A stretch of 64,000 nucleotides of DNA, taken from contig MU057340.1 of assembly GCA_013239625.1 (NCBI GenBank), positions 8,326,931-8,390,930 of the forward strand, written 5' to 3'. Position numbers and translations under genes: made by a program. The notes under the pieces were generated by a model, which worked only from the letters and a program-made list of their open reading frames with translations, did not search any database and was not told where the DNA came from. Positions 61,866 to 64,000 of the stretch are shown here, piece by piece. Position 1 is the stretch's first letter; each line of letters opens with the position of its first letter. This DNA comes from Lama guanicoe. Its lineage: Eukaryota.

Positions 61866-63004
61866 GGCCTCGCCCCATCCCTTGGGGAACCCTAAAACTC
61901 TCCCTCGAGCCAGCCAGCTCCTGCCGGGACCAGCTCTGCCCCTCCCTCCTTTGCTGCTGAGTGTCCAAATCATGGACACTTCTCCCACCTGACTTTACCT
62001 GTCATCTTCACCTTCAGGCTCCTGCTGCTACCCTGTGCCCCATATCAGACCCCTATGGAGAGAGATCAGTAACCAGGATGGGGAAGCCAGGCCACACTCC
62101 CCTCTTTAGCAGATATTTGAATCTTGGTTTATGTCACTTTCACACACAGGCCACACCCATAGCCGGTTCCTGAGTCCCAGCTCCTCACTACCCCCTGTCA
62201 TGGGAGTCCTGCATGTCTCAGAGCTGAGTATGGATGAATTAGAGTCAAAGGTGCTTTAAGACCTTAACAAGCCATTTCCCGACCGGTGAGCCCCATTTTT
62301 GCCTGGCTGGAAAATGAGGGTAGGGTAGCCTATAGAATGGTGCCTTCCAGCACTCACAGAATGTACCACTGAATACTCCAAAAATTGGTGAAAGATCGTG
62401 TAGTGGTCCTAGCCAAAGTCAGGTCTCTTAAGGGAGGGCACTTCCAAAGAATACACAGACCAGAACCTCTTAGCGAAACTGGGAAGCAATTTGAAAACCC
62501 TTAAAATAGTGGATGGCAAAAAGGAAGGAAGGGTCCCCGATAGGGGAGGCTCTGGGTGCCGGACACCAATTGCACCTGCCTCGTCATTGCACAGAGGGGC
62601 AGCCAGGGTGCTTCCCCCATCCCACCCCCACCCTGAGCAGTGAGGGAGCCAACTGCACTCTTCCCCAGTGGCATTTTCTTTGGAAGTCACACTTGTATGA
62701 CTTTCACTGTGACCTCCAGCACAGACTCCATTTATTCAAGAAAGGAAAGATGAGGCAATTTAGAATGTGGAGCCATCATTCCTAAACCTTACCTGGATGT
62801 GAACACTGGAAGTCTGCTCACAGCATCAATTATTTACAGTGTAAGTTATTGTTGTTCGGCAGAAACTAACTTAAGAGCATCTTTTCTTTTTTAAATGAAG
62901 CACCTCGGTGACATTGGCCGCTCAGGCTTCCCCCATGAGAACTCATTTATCCCTAATGATAACAACACCCACCCCATGCCGCACATCCACTAGGGCCCAC
63001 AAAA

Positions 63005-63170
63005 GTATATTTTATCCATAGCCCTCACATCAAACCCTACAAGGAAGGTACTACTGGTCCCCATTTCCAGATGGAAAACCTGAGGCTCAGAGAGGTTAAG
63101 TGACTTGCCCAGGGAGACACTGCTAGCAGAGTCCATGTTCAGCCTGTCTCCCCACGGGCTGCTATGATTC
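63005..63170 (-). mobile_element. MIR SINE
   Basis: ccccatttccagatggaaaacctgaggctcagagaggttaagtgacttgccca. Confidence 0.9.
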
Positions 63171-64000
63171 TGCTGTGCTGAGCCTCCCCACGATGGCTCA
63201 GGCCCACCCTCATTGGGCTTAAGCTCTCAAATCAGCAGGTCTATTGAGAATTGCTTAGAATCAAAGTTTCCCACGAAAAGACCTCAGGAAAGAGACAGGA
63301 TTGACCCAGCGGATTTTCTTGGAAGTCCTACTCTGTCCATTTCTCCTCTTTGGCTGAGCACCGGCTCAGTCACTGACATGCCTTGAGGGGATCACCATGC
63401 AAAAAAAAAAAAGCCTCTAAACACTGGAATCAGTATCAGCAAAGAGAGATGCTCCTACCGGTGGAGGCGTGCAGGGACCGGGAGCAGCCAGCTCACACCT
63501 CCCGTCTCACGCTCACTCTGGGCTGATGTGAGGGGGCTGCTGGGCAGAATCACCATGTCACGAATAGCTAGTTTGATCTCCGCCGGCACCTTCTGACTGA
63601 CTGACTGATAGCTGAATGCCTATAGTTAAATTTCACATGACATGCACCTGACTGTGACGCGCCCTCACTGCACACACCTGCCCCAGCGCACCACCCTCTC
63701 TCCAAACTCAGATGCACACCAGTTCCTCAGACATCCCTGCAGGAAGTATACCAGGAGGGCTCCGATTCGAGGAGACAAATTAATTAGAAGGTGATGCTAC
63801 TGGAATAAAACAGGCAGCTTATTTTTGTCTATCTATCTGTCTTCCTTTTGGACCATGCATCCCTCACCTGTGCCTGAGAGTTTAACAAAGGAATGAGGCT
63901 CACACTGCAGTTCATAGCAAGAGATGTGTCAGGGGGGAGCAGAAGGCAGGAAAAGACCAACATTGAAGGAGAGGCTTTAAAACACATAATGATTTCATGT

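Noticed and set aside
1-64000. A novel multi-gene biological system or an identifiable host gene
   Set aside because: No coding exons or RNA genes were recognised, and the locus cannot be named from sequence alone; synteny mapping by BLAT of the unique blocks is needed

Overview
Mammalian non-coding genomic DNA, either intergenic or a large intron. It is most likely camelid: three tRNA-Ala-derived vic-1-like SINEs and artiodactyl-type L1 3' ends are present, and I see no Alu, B1/B2, Bov-A/BovB, PRE-1 or CAN-SINE. I recognise no protein-coding exon, functional RNA gene or CRISPR array. The only ORFs with real homology are decayed LINE-1 ORF1/ORF2 and CR1/L3 reverse-transcriptase remnants; the other ORFs are chance or low-complexity frames. 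Much of the window is interspersed repeat: an ancient near-complete L1 at ~6.5-10.9 kb, a nested L1 complex at 40.4-47.9 kb, many truncated L1 3' ends with visible target-site duplications (TSDs), MIR, L2, CR1/L3, MaLR/ERVL solo LTRs and hAT MITEs. There are two N gaps. Between the repeats lie repeat-free, motif-dense blocks that look like developmental enhancers or conserved non-coding elements (CNEs), several CTCF-like motifs (three inside old TEs) and one GC-box/TATA/Inr promoter-like segment. I found no well-supported novel biological system; the best leads are regulatory and structural. Repeat subfamily names come from recalled consensus sequences and boundaries are approximate unless TSDs are given, so they need RepeatMasker/Dfam confirmation.
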